64,000 nt of DNA, from the NCBI GenBank assembly GCA_942493035.1, contig OW818666.1, positions 4,129,464-4,193,463 of the forward strand, read 5' to 3'. Both the position numbers and the translations under genes were made by a program. The notes below the pieces were generated by a model that was not told the origin of the DNA, did no database searches, and saw only the letters and a list, made by a program, of their open reading frames with translations. The first letter of the stretch is position 1, and each line of letters starts with the position of its first letter. Positions 20,230 to 29,626 of the stretch are shown one piece after another. Origin of the DNA: an uncultured Spirochaetota bacterium (GTDB lineage: Bacteria > Spirochaetota > UBA4802 > UBA5550).

Positions 20230-22396
20230 TTTCGGTTTTAACCTTTTTGAAAATTACAAGAGTGACATCTGTCTGCTGAGGCCTCTCTCCGATAAATGAA
20301 TTATAATCTGAATATATTTCTCTGGCAAGTACTGCCGGTGTTTCCTTTGAATATTTTATTATCTTCTCTTTTATTTTATCCATTGAAAAATTTTCATCGT
20401 TGTCATTGGAAGAAGAGAACAGTCCATGAGAATAGAGAATTCCTATCGCCCCGTCTCTCAGCCTTCCTGTAGTAAAAGAATACCGGTGTTCCATCTCCAT
20501 TCCCAGAGGGATATCTTCTGTTTCTACTTCAGTAAAAAAGTTTTTTTCCGGTTCGTATATCATCAGATTATTATGACCGGCATTTGCGAATGAGAAGTTT
20601 CCGTCGGATGATATTATTATGCAGGAACATTTTGTAAAACCGCTTGTCATCCTGGAAGTTTTAATCACCTGATTCATGGTGTTCAGGATTTTTTCCGGTG
20701 AGTTAAACACCAGGGTCCTTGAGTGCAGGATCGAGAACAATTCCATCCCGGATAGGGCAGAGTCTATTCCCGAGTAAGATGTATCAGCTATGAATATAGC
20801 GGTTTTGTCACTGGCAATTTTTACAGAATCAAAATAGTCCCCGCCGTATGATGAATTATTAATATTAAACGAACTTATTCTTATTCCCGGAATGGATGCC
20901 AGTTCTTCAGGTATTATTCTTTTTTTAACAGTGGAGACAACAATTTTATCATGCTCTGCAACCTGTTCAGCTGTGACCTCGTCCAGAATGAGTCCGGTAA
21001 TCAGAAGGTTCTGAATTTTTATTCTGAAAATCTCAAGAGCCGCAAGATGATCTGATGTATATGATTTGTTCCCCTCAATTTTTCCCAGAAGCAGAAAACC
21101 GATAATGTGATCAGACATGTTCTTGAATACCATGGATATCTCGATTCCGTTATTATTAAAAAAATCTAGAATTTCCTGATTAATATTATTTACAGGTGTA
21201 TTTGATATTAGAAATGATTTTTCAAAAACTCCTTCATGAGTGGTCAGGTACTCTGCAATTTCACTATTGCCGTCTATAAATTGAAAATTCAGATCAGGTC
21301 CATATCCGTATGTAAATTGGAAAATATTCTCTTTCCTGTTTATAAGCATAAAGTATGCAGACTGAATACCCAGGGTGTATTTAAGATTCTGAAAATTATC
21401 ATTTGTTATGTACTCCCAGAACGTATCCATGTCAGAAAACTTTTTAAGTTCATTTACAGGCATTAATGTTTTATTAATTGCATGCAGCAGATCCTGAAGC
21501 CTCCCTGTCCTGAATTTAATGATATACGGACTAATGATCCGGTATGAGATTACAAGATATATAAAAATTACACCGGATTTTATATACACTCCGCCTTGTG
21601 ATATATGTGAATATGTATCATATATTCTTATAAAAAAATAAACCGGGATGAAGAATATTATAAAAGCCAGAGTATATGCTGTAATGATTTTATAAAATTT
21701 CTGGAAGTCATTACTCTTAAGATTGTAGATAAGATGACTGGTGAATATCAGGAAAAGCAGCACCGGTACAGGTATAAGCGGATTGGTCAGCATGGGGATT
21801 TTGTAATATTTCAGACCGGTGATATAAGCTGCAATAAAAAGAATATAAGATAAAAGAAGCCCTGAGAGATAGTATGTAATGGTAGTTTTTAATCTTCTAA
21901 AAGATGTGTATCGCATCTTCATGAGAAGCGGAACCGGAACGATTATTATTGATAAAAGAATTATTCCAGACTGGATAAGAGATGCTCTGTTTCCTGAGAT
22001 GTTTAGAGTTTGATCAATCTCTACCACACCTGCAATTTTTAGAATAAAAAGCAGTGTAATATCCGCAGAGATTATAATCAGAAGAAAAAGCAGCAGAAAT
22101 TTAAATCTTCCGATTGTCTCTGCCGGAAAAAGTGCAGTCAGAGAGATCATCATAATAAATACAAATGCAGGGATAATTGTAATACACGCTGAAACAGGAT
22201 AAATGTCTGCCAGTGACGGTTTGATATTGATTGCCAGTATCAGCGAAAATTCAATTATTGCAGGGAATACCGTTAAAATAAAAAAAGCATCGGTTATGTT
22301 TTTATTTTTCTTTATTAAATGTGCTATTATTAAATATATCGATACGGATATTAAAATTACATAATTGAATATGAGTATTGATTTCAATTTTTTCAC
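20216..22396 (-). CDS. Membrane-anchored GAF plus SpoIIE/RsbU-type PP2C domain protein, catalytically degenerate
   Basis: Multiple N-terminal TM helices, GAF-like segment, GGDYFD, IADT, ANAGH, PLG; LYSHG and QTDVT replace LYTDG and DDxT. Confidence 0.85.
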   Translation of the reverse strand: MKKLKSILIFNYVILISVSIYLIIAHLIKKNKNITDAFFILTVFPAIIEFSLILAINIKPSLADIYPVSACITIIPAFVFIMMISLTALFPAETIGRFKFLLLFLLIIISADITLLFILKIAGVVEIDQTLNISGNRASLIQSGIILLSIIIVPVPLLMKMRYTSFRRLKTTITYYLSGLLLSYILFIAAYITGLKYYKIPMLTNPLIPVPVLLFLIFTSHLIYNLKSNDFQKFYKIITAYTLAFIIFFIPVYFFIRIYDTYSHISQGGVYIKSGVIFIYLVISYRIISPYIIKFRTGRLQDLLHAINKTLMPVNELKKFSDMDTFWEYITNDNFQNLKYTLGIQSAYFMLINRKENIFQFTYGYGPDLNFQFIDGNSEIAEYLTTHEGVFEKSFLISNTPVNNINQEILDFFNNNGIEISMVFKNMSDHIIGFLLLGKIEGNKSYTSDHLAALEIFRIKIQNLLITGLILDEVTAEQVAEHDKIVVSTVKKRIIPEELASIPGIRISSFNINNSSYGGDYFDSVKIASDKTAIFIADTSYSGIDSALSGMELFSILHSRTLVFNSPEKILNTMNQVIKTSRMTSGFTKCSCIIISSDGNFSFANAGHNNLMIYEPEKNFFTEVETEDIPLGMEMEHRYSFTTGRLRDGAIGILYSHGLFSSSNDNDENFSMDKIKEKIIKYSKETPAVLAREIYSDYNSFIGERPQQTDVTLVIFKKVKTENEQH

Positions 22397-22540
22397 CTGT
22401 CTGCGAGTTTTCTTTTAAAAAGAATGTTATTCTGCTGTTTCTGAATTTCAAGTTAAATATTTCAAGCTGTGAAAAAACAGATTTTTTATCATCGTGATGA
22501 ATTGCTGCCATATCTGTTATTCATAGTGCAGTTCTTTACA

Positions 22541-22674
22541 GGGTAAAGGCCAGCTGTTTTCCGACTTCCTGTCGGTGCTGGCATGCGAACGTCGTGTCCG
22601 CTCGGGCGGTAGCCCCTTTATAAGCCCCGCAGGGCTCCCTGCGGTCCGGAAACTGTGTTTTTGGGACCGCCCCG
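22541..22674. other. GC-rich structured intergenic element; candidate ncRNA or leader of unknown family
   Basis: About 63% GC (hand count 85/134) inside AT-rich flanks, with at least four hairpins; no riboswitch or housekeeping-RNA consensus recognised. Confidence 0.45.
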
Positions 22675-22751
22675 TTGTCAAAGACTATTGTTGTTGACAT
22701 TTGAGATTTTTATATAAATATTAATTATCTGAATTAGAGAGGATTTTTGTT

Positions 22752-23642
22752 ATCAAATCATATGCTAAAATTAATATTCATCTGGAAATTTTAAACCGGA
22801 GAAGTGATAATTATCACAATCTTTTCAGTCTCATGGCAGAGCTCGATCTTCATGATTTTTTAGAGCTTGAGTATTCAGATCTGTCAAAAAAAAGCAGAGA
22901 TGTAACGATTGAAATTTTAAACAACGGCGGGGAGTTCTCCTCTGTTATTGACCATATCCCTGTAGAAGATAATCTCATTTCAATTGCAGTAAAAAAATAT
23001 ATGAATGAGATCGGGCTCGGCGGTCATTTTGTTTTCGGTTTAACAAAAAATATCCCCTCAGGTGCAGGTCTGGGCGGAGGGAGCAGCAATGCCGCCACAG
23101 CCTTAATGATCATCGCTGAAGCTCTCGGCAGGGGTTATGATGATTTTCTGCTTAATGCGGCGTCGTCAACAGGTTCAGATATTCCATTTTTTCTAAAAGG
23201 GGGATTTTCATTTGTAGAAGGGAGAGGAGAGTTTGTATCCCCCTTTGATTACAGTGATGACTCTTTTATACTTCTGATTAATAACGGAATACATGTAAAT
23301 ACCGGTTCAGCATATGAATCTTTAAAAAAACCAGTTTCTGATTCTGTTTTTGATTGTACCGATGGAATAAAATTAATAAGAGAAAATATTTATAAAAAAT
23401 CGGACTGGAAGTCAATTTTCAGAAATGATTTTGAGGAGAGTGTTTTCGAATTGTATCCTCAGATCGGGTCTATTAAAGAGAAAATGTACAAAACCGGGGC
23501 ATATTTTTCTGCAATGTCAGGCTCAGGATCTACTGTATTTGGACTGTTTCAGAGCCGATTTGAGGCTGAAAATGCACAAAAAATTTTTGAAATGGATAAA
23601 AACAGGGTCTATTTAACTAAATTCCGCTGTAATAAAAATTAA
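22752..23642 (+). CDS. ispE: 4-diphosphocytidyl-2-C-methyl-D-erythritol kinase
   Basis: KNIPSGAGLGGGSSNAA, GSDIPFF, MSGSGSTVF. The conserved AKINxxL...RxDxYH segment lies upstream of the first ATG (22833); start placed at ATC 22752 behind an AGAGGA RBS. Confidence 0.93.
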   Translation: MKSYAKINIHLEILNRRSDNYHNLFSLMAELDLHDFLELEYSDLSKKSRDVTIEILNNGGEFSSVIDHIPVEDNLISIAVKKYMNEIGLGGHFVFGLTKNIPSGAGLGGGSSNAATALMIIAEALGRGYDDFLLNAASSTGSDIPFFLKGGFSFVEGRGEFVSPFDYSDDSFILLINNGIHVNTGSAYESLKKPVSDSVFDCTDGIKLIRENIYKKSDWKSIFRNDFEESVFELYPQIGSIKEKMYKTGAYFSAMSGSGSTVFGLFQSRFEAENAQKIFEMDKNRVYLTKFRCNKN

Positions 23643-23709
23643 TGATTGACTTTCATAGCGTATATTGAGAAATGTGTCGTTAGTTTTTAGTAATAAAAAC
23701 TGAAATGAT

Positions 23710-23781
23710 TGAGGCGTCGCCAAGCGGTAAGGCACCGGGTTTTGGTCTCGGCATCCCAAGGTTCGAATCCTTGCGCCTCAG
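23710..23781 (+). tRNA. tRNA-Gln (anticodon TTG)
   Basis: Acceptor stem TGAGGCG/CGCCTCA, D-loop AAGCGGTAA, anticodon arm CCGGG-TTTTGGT-CTCGG, GTTCGAATC T-arm; CCA not encoded. Confidence 0.97.
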
Positions 23782-23805
23782 ATTTTATCAATTAGGAGAT
23801 CGATA

Positions 23806-24555
23806 ATCAAAAAAATCTCTTCAATTGTGCTCGCCGGGGGGAAAGGAGTTCGGATGAAATCCGAACTACCTAAAGTACTTCATCCGCTATGTGGAAAATC
23901 CTTAATTGAACATGTTGTGGATAGTCTGAATTCTGCAGGGATTGACGATATTCTTGTCGTTGTCGGCTACAGAGGTGAAGAAGTAATTGCAAAACTCGGG
24001 AGCCGGTGTAAGTATGTATGGCAGCATGAACAGCTGGGTACAGGTCACGCCGTTATGCAGGCCGGGGAATACTTCAAGGACTACGATGGCAATGTTGTAA
24101 TCGCCTGTGGAGATGTCCCTTTAATACGGCCTGAAACTTTCAAGGGTTTAATAGAATCTGCAGAAGATAACGAAACCGGTGCAGTGGTTCTTACAATGAT
24201 GCAGGATAATCCTAAGGGGTATGGACGAATAGTTAAAGAAAATGGAAAATTTGTCCGTATTGTGGAAGAAAAAGACGCTGACGATGAGCAGCGTAGAATA
24301 AATGAAGTAAACAGCGGTACCTATATTTTTAAAAGCAGGTATCTCTTTGAGGGATTGAAAAGGATTAATACTGAAAATGCGCAAGGGGAGTATTATCTTC
24401 CTGATGCATTGAATTATATAGTAAGTGCAGGTTTGACTGTAAAAACTATTCCAATGGAAGATTCTGTAGAGGGACGGGGAATAAATACACGGGAAGAGCT
24501 GTTGTCTCTGGAGCAATATGTTTCGAAGAAAATCGAGGATAAGTCTCATGAATAA
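23806..24555 (+). CDS. glmU: UDP-GlcNAc pyrophosphorylase (GlmU N-terminal domain only)
   Basis: IVLAGGKGVRMKS, PKVLH, QLGTGHAV, GDVPL, YGRI, EVNSG, GEYYLPD; no left-handed beta-helix. Start placed at ATC 23806 behind AGGAGA. Confidence 0.85.
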   Translation: MKKISSIVLAGGKGVRMKSELPKVLHPLCGKSLIEHVVDSLNSAGIDDILVVVGYRGEEVIAKLGSRCKYVWQHEQLGTGHAVMQAGEYFKDYDGNVVIACGDVPLIRPETFKGLIESAEDNETGAVVLTMMQDNPKGYGRIVKENGKFVRIVEEKDADDEQRRINEVNSGTYIFKSRYLFEGLKRINTENAQGEYYLPDALNYIVSAGLTVKTIPMEDSVEGRGINTREELLSLEQYVSKKIEDKSHE

Positions 24556-25489
24556 TAATCCGTTAAAAATATTTTCCGGTTCGTCAAATAATGCTCTTGC
24601 CTCTGAAATTGCCCAGTATCTTGGAACTGAGCTTTCCGGTATTGATCTGAAGAGATTTAAAGATGGTGAAATCTCTGTAAAAATTAAAGACAATGTCAGA
24701 GCACATGATGTTTTCATAATTCAGTCGACATGTAATCCATCGAATGACCATATTATGGAACTTCTACTGATTATTGATGCGGCAGTAAGAGCTTCTGCAG
24801 CAAGGATTACAGCTGTTATTCCTTATTTCGGTTACGCCCGTCAGGATAGAAAAGTTGAACCCAGGGTTCCTATCTCTGCCAAGGTTGTTTCAAATATAAT
24901 TCAGGTAACAGGCGCTGATCGGGTCCTTACAATGGATCTTCATGCTGACCAGATTCAGGGTTTCTTTGATATACCCGTTGATAATCTTTATGCCACACCT
25001 ATTGCGATTGAGTATTTAATGGGTCTCAATATTGAAAATGTAGTTGTTGTCTCCCCCGATGCAGGCGGTGTAGATAGAGCAAGATTCCTTGCTAAAAAGA
25101 TGGATACAAGTCTTGCAATCATAGATAAAAGAAGACCTGAAGCGAATATTTCTGATGTAATGAATGTTATCGGGGAAGTTGCAGGTAAAAATTGTATATT
25201 GATAGATGATATTGCTGATACAGCAGGATCTATCTCAAAAGCGGCTCAGGCTTTGAAAGAAAGAGGGGCTCTTGATGTTTACTGTCTTTTTTCTCATCCG
25301 GTTCTTTCGGATAAAGCGGCAGATAACTTAAAAGGAGCTGATTTTAAAGAGATAATTTTTACAAATTCAATTCCGCTTCCTGAGGATAAAAGGCTCAGTA
25401 ATATGAAAGTTCTCTCAATTGCACCTTTGTTCGGTGAAGCAATCAGGAGAATACATAATGGAGAATCTGTAAGTTCTCTTTTTATATAA
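24548..25489 (+). CDS. prs: Ribose-phosphate pyrophosphokinase
   Basis: Start adjusted to 24548; FKDGE, PYFGYARQDR, DLHADQIQGFF, VSPDAGG, IDDIADTAGS. Confidence 0.98.
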   Translation: MNNNPLKIFSGSSNNALASEIAQYLGTELSGIDLKRFKDGEISVKIKDNVRAHDVFIIQSTCNPSNDHIMELLLIIDAAVRASAARITAVIPYFGYARQDRKVEPRVPISAKVVSNIIQVTGADRVLTMDLHADQIQGFFDIPVDNLYATPIAIEYLMGLNIENVVVVSPDAGGVDRARFLAKKMDTSLAIIDKRRPEANISDVMNVIGEVAGKNCILIDDIADTAGSISKAAQALKERGALDVYCLFSHPVLSDKAADNLKGADFKEIIFTNSIPLPEDKRLSNMKVLSIAPLFGEAIRRIHNGESVSSLFI

Positions 25490-25556
25490 TCTGATCAAAA
25501 TCTTTATTTTTAATAATAATGGTAATAATAGTAAGTGTTAATAAGGGGTAATTTAA

Positions 25557-26156
25557 ATGAGCGCAAAATCATTAACAGCAGTAGCAAGAACTGCAACAGG
25601 GAAGAATAATAATAACAGACTCAGAGTGGAAGGATTTATTCCAGCTGTTGTATATTCACATGGCAAATCTGAAGCTATAAAGATACAGGAAAAAGAATTT
25701 TCAACTCTTTTCAAGGGTCATATCTCTGAAAGTGTTATTTTTGATCTTCATATGGATGGTCATACAGATATAATGGCATTCGTAAAAGATTTCCAGAGAG
25801 ATCCGGTAACAAGTAAAATACTTCATCTTGATCTTTTCAAAGTTACAAAAAGTGAAAAAATTAAAACACATGTCCCTGTTGAATTAACCGGTACTCCGGC
25901 AGGTATTAAAATGGGCGGTATCCTTAAATATGGTGAAAGAGAACTGATGATTCACTGTTTACCAAATAATCTGCCTGCAAAAATAACAATAGATATTTCT
26001 AAAATGGTACCAGGTGATACAATTCATGTAAGTGATATTGTTCATGGCGAAGAGTATGAAATTCTTACTACTGCTAACAATGTTGTGGTTGCTGTTGAGA
26101 AACCAAAAGCAGCAGCAGATGAAGCAGAACAGGGTGCAGATTCCGGGAAGGAATAA
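25557..26156 (+). CDS. rplY: 50S ribosomal protein bL25 / Ctc
   Basis: RLRVEGFIPAVVY, QRDPV..ILHLD, C-terminal Ctc domain. Confidence 0.95.
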   Translation: MSAKSLTAVARTATGKNNNNRLRVEGFIPAVVYSHGKSEAIKIQEKEFSTLFKGHISESVIFDLHMDGHTDIMAFVKDFQRDPVTSKILHLDLFKVTKSEKIKTHVPVELTGTPAGIKMGGILKYGERELMIHCLPNNLPAKITIDISKMVPGDTIHVSDIVHGEEYEILTTANNVVVAVEKPKAAADEAEQGADSGKE

Positions 26157-26251
26157 TTCTTCAGCCCGGGAATTAAATTTTTTATGAAACTTTATAACCG
26201 GCTGAGTGTCTTATTAAAGTCGGTTAACAGTTTTCTAAAGGGGTATATTTA

Positions 26252-26887
26252 TTGAAATTAATAGTCGGTTTCGGTAATCCGGGCGAAAGATTTGCAAATA
26301 ACAGACAGAATATCGGTTTTAAAGTAATCGATATTGTGGCTAATAATGAGAACATCGAAGTTCGAATTAAAAAGAAAAAATCTATAATCGGCCGCGGAAA
26401 AATACAGAAAAATGACGTTGTACTCCTCAAACCTCAGACTTTTGTGACTCTCATCGGAGAGTCTGTTTTATACATAGCTTCATTCCTGAGAATAAATGTT
26501 AAAGATATTATCTGTATTGTAGAGGATTCATCGCTTGATCTTGGTGAGTTGAGAATTGACTATCTTCAGTCAGATCTTAATCATGCAGGCGTAGATTCCA
26601 TGGCCGTAGCCCTTAAATCTGAGAAGTTTGCAAAGGTCAGGGTTGGAGTCGGAGAGTGTCCCGAGGGTACTTCGATGGAAGATTATCTTTTACAGGATTT
26701 TACGTTTGAGGAAAACCTCCTTTTAATAGATATACTCAATAAGGCGGAGCAGGCAGTCAGAATGCTTGTTACGAACAATATTGAAGATGTTCAGGAGAAA
26801 TATAATCCTGAAGGGGCTCCAAAGATCAAGAAAAGACAGGTTAAGGCTATTCATATAGATCACCGCAAATCACAAAAAAACAGTTAA
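26252..26887 (+). CDS. pth: Peptidyl-tRNA hydrolase homologue with a divergent active site
   Basis: TTG start; MKLIVGFGNPG, LLKPQTF, VRVGVG, and canonical position after rplY; catalytic residues substituted. Confidence 0.8.
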   Translation: MKLIVGFGNPGERFANNRQNIGFKVIDIVANNENIEVRIKKKKSIIGRGKIQKNDVVLLKPQTFVTLIGESVLYIASFLRINVKDIICIVEDSSLDLGELRIDYLQSDLNHAGVDSMAVALKSEKFAKVRVGVGECPEGTSMEDYLLQDFTFEENLLLIDILNKAEQAVRMLVTNNIEDVQEKYNPEGAPKIKKRQVKAIHIDHRKSQKNS

Positions 26888-27151
26888 ATTTACAATCTGA
26901 CTGTCATTTCAAGTTTCTATATTATCCAGACTACTGTTTTTGCAATTCAGTCATTATTCCACATCTGGTCTTAAACTTCATTAATTATTATATCAGCTGT
27001 AGTTCCAAAAACAGCTGATATATGCTCTCTTTTAAAAAATTATAATCAACTTAATAAAGTTAAGCGACTTACTTCTGAGATACACTATTTTAATAACATC
27101 GAATCCATTTTTTCTTGACTTTATCTATTCAGTAGATATTATAATTTTGAT

Positions 27152-27270
27152 CAGTAATTATTCCTAAATATAATTTTTAGTGTAAAAACCAAAAATTATA
27201 TATCCCCGCGCCTTCGGCGGCGGGGATAATAGAGTTTTTTAACTTTGGAAAATTTAAGGAATAAATACTG
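27152..27270 (+). mobile_element. MITE copy 2 (119 bp)
   Basis: TIR CAGTAATTATTCCT vs CAGTATTTATTCCT (13/14); direct repeat AATTTTGAT at 27143-27151 and 27271-27279. Confidence 0.9.
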
Positions 27271-27333
27271 AATTTTGATTCAATGAAAATTATTTTTCAT
27301 CATTTTTTCTCTAAATAGGATTCGGGGGTTTTT

Positions 27334-28098
27334 ATGCTTAAAAAAAGGTTTTTAGTGTTATTTATTGTTATAAATATTTTTGGTGCATTTAATGCAGGAT
27401 ATTCTCAAAGTGAAGAGAAAAAGTTCAATCAGCAGTATAATCCTGTGTCTCTTATTAAAAGATTAAGTTATGAAAATTTTAAGAATATTAAACTTCTCCG
27501 TTCGGCTATTATGAATTACGGCGGGGGCGAAGCTGAAGTACAGAAATTAATTGATCAGTATGCAGATGCGACTGCACTTTATTTTGAAGATAAAGTTGAA
27601 GAATCAGCGGCTAAGTTCAGTGAAAACGAAAAAGAGATTTTTAAAATTGCTAAAAAAATTGCTGCTGATTACAGCAAAGATTCATCACAGTTTTTAAATA
27701 AAGGGATAAAAAGAAATGTTCAGGTTTCAATACAGCAGGAAATTGAAGGGAAGACCCGTGATGCTGTAATGGATAAGTATCTTGATAATGCTAAATCAGC
27801 TAATAAACGTGCCAGTTCTATATTGGACGATTATAAATATTCCAATGAAAAAAATACAGGTTCTGCACAGCGTTTGATAACTTCAATATATTATTACAGG
27901 CTGGCTAAACAGAATCTTTTTCTCATGTATCAGGCGCACATTGAGTCTATGAAACTTGATGAAGATAAAAAGAAAGATAGAGATATGAAAGATCAGTTGT
28001 ATGACAAGATGCTAAAAGAAGATTACAAAGAGGATTACAAGAAGGATCTTCAGGATAATAAAAACAAAGTGTTTACATCTATGGAGAAAAAAATCTGA
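27334..28098 (+). CDS. Exported alpha-helical hypothetical protein
   Basis: Signal peptide, charged helical sequence, 254 aa; no recognised motif. Confidence 0.7.
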   Translation: MLKKRFLVLFIVINIFGAFNAGYSQSEEKKFNQQYNPVSLIKRLSYENFKNIKLLRSAIMNYGGGEAEVQKLIDQYADATALYFEDKVEESAAKFSENEKEIFKIAKKIAADYSKDSSQFLNKGIKRNVQVSIQQEIEGKTRDAVMDKYLDNAKSANKRASSILDDYKYSNEKNTGSAQRLITSIYYYRLAKQNLFLMYQAHIESMKLDEDKKKDRDMKDQLYDKMLKEDYKEDYKKDLQDNKNKVFTSMEKKI

Positions 28099-28893
28099 TT
28101 ACAGAGGAATGATTATCTCCTCCTGCTTTAGTGCTTGCAGAGATAAGATCCGTATATCTTTATCTCTGTGAGTCAATAGCGTTATAATTCTTTTTTTTGT
28201 TTTATCATCAATCTTATATCCCTTAATTTTATTAAGAGCAGCTTTAAGAAGATAAAGGCCGCTGTTTTTATTATTTATAATTTTTGTTAATTCTGAATAT
28301 ATTAAAGGATCTTTGATTGTAATATTTGAAATACATGCAAGTTTAATTGAAACATTATTATCCCTCATTGCGTTAAGAATTATATCTATATATTTAATCT
28401 GAATTTCCGGATCATTTATTTTCATAAGACCTGCTAATGAAGCTTCTCTTACAAGCCAGTTTTTATCTTTCAATCCTTTAACAAAAATATATTCATTTTT
28501 AATATTTTGATATTCACCGAGTGCTGTAAAAGCAAAAAAACGGGCGTTGGAGTTTTCATCCGTTAAAGCTAATTCTCCGATTTTTTCCTCCGCGGCAGGG
28601 GCTTTGATTTTAATAAAAATTTTAAGGGCTTCGATTCTTATTTTAGAGTGCGAATCATCCAGAGCTTTAAATACAAGGAGAATGGAATTTTTTGCGTAGA
28701 TTGAATCAGAATATTGCGACACACTCTTTATAGCTTTCAATCTTGTTTCCCAGTTATCTGAATTATAATCAGTAACTGCTATAGTTATATTATTCTGAAT
28801 TTCGGCATCACTTGAGAATTTAACAGCAGTGCTGCATTTTAATAAAAACAATATCTGTATAAAAATTAATACTATAATTGAGTTTCGTAACAT
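28099..28893 (-). CDS. HEAT-repeat protein, possibly a lipoprotein
   Basis: Repeats such as WETRLKAIK, KIRIEALK, WLVREASL; hydrophobic N-terminus ending LLKC if started at ATG 28893. Confidence 0.8.
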   Translation of the reverse strand: MLRNSIIVLIFIQILFLLKCSTAVKFSSDAEIQNNITIAVTDYNSDNWETRLKAIKSVSQYSDSIYAKNSILLVFKALDDSHSKIRIEALKIFIKIKAPAAEEKIGELALTDENSNARFFAFTALGEYQNIKNEYIFVKGLKDKNWLVREASLAGLMKINDPEIQIKYIDIILNAMRDNNVSIKLACISNITIKDPLIYSELTKIINNKNSGLYLLKAALNKIKGYKIDDKTKKRIITLLTHRDKDIRILSLQALKQEEIIIPL

Positions 28894-28900
28894 TAAATTG

Positions 28901-29626
28901 CTATTTCTTTTCAATAAAAAACCAGTCCACAGGGCCGTTTTTTTTATCATACTTAAGAATACGGTCCTTATCTTTTGTTAAAAAATGTCTTTTAAGCCAT
29001 GATGTTCTTAGTGTGATATTAACATCTGCCGGTGCTGCAGGAGGAGTGCTTTTTTTTAGAAATGATTCCTGACCGCTTTTTACAACGTATGCCTCGATTA
29101 TCGAAGGATCGATATTTGCAAAACCGGCTTCTCCTTTATATACAAACAAACCTGTTTCGCTGGAGCCGGTAATGATACTCATAGATGCAGAGACCGATTT
29201 GATAATTGCAGTTCTCGTTTTAATAACGAGCGATGCATCAGAGAAATCATTTTCCTGAATTATTTTAAAACTTCCATAATCTGAAAATATATTTGTAAGT
29301 GTTTTATCTCTTTTGTTTATAATACTGAAAATAATCAGATCTGAATTTTCCATTAAGTCTATAGCAGTTCCGTCATTCAGAAGTATAGATGTTATAGACT
29401 TTTTGCCAGTTTCTATTCTGTCCCCCGGGAAAATCAGTTTATCCTCACGGGTGCAGTCATCAGAATCACAGTTTATATTTGTTTTTTTTACATATCCGTT
29501 CTTTTTAACTATTCTCCCAATGCTGATGCTTTCTGCATAAGTAAAAGTCTGGAACAGAAATATGAGAAGGGTGATTTTAATTATTGATTTGATATCTGTT
29601 CTCCTGTTTATAATTTTTTTATCCAA
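28901..29626 (-). CDS. FecR-domain exported protein
   Basis: TTG start; GDRIETG, LNDGTAIDL.ENS, IKTRTA beta-strand pattern. Confidence 0.8.
   Translation of the reverse strand: MDKKIINRRTDIKSIIKITLLIFLFQTFTYAESISIGRIVKKNGYVKKTNINCDSDDCTREDKLIFPGDRIETGKKSITSILLNDGTAIDLMENSDLIIFSIINKRDKTLTNIFSDYGSFKIIQENDFSDASLVIKTRTAIIKSVSASMSIITGSSETGLFVYKGEAGFANIDPSIIEAYVVKSGQESFLKKSTPPAAPADVNITLRTSWLKRHFLTKDKDRILKYDKKNGPVDWFFIEKK

Noticed and set aside
22636-22660. GGTCCGGAA resembling SRP RNA helix 8
   Set aside because: Lacks the flanking CAGG and GGAAGCAG of the conserved loop.
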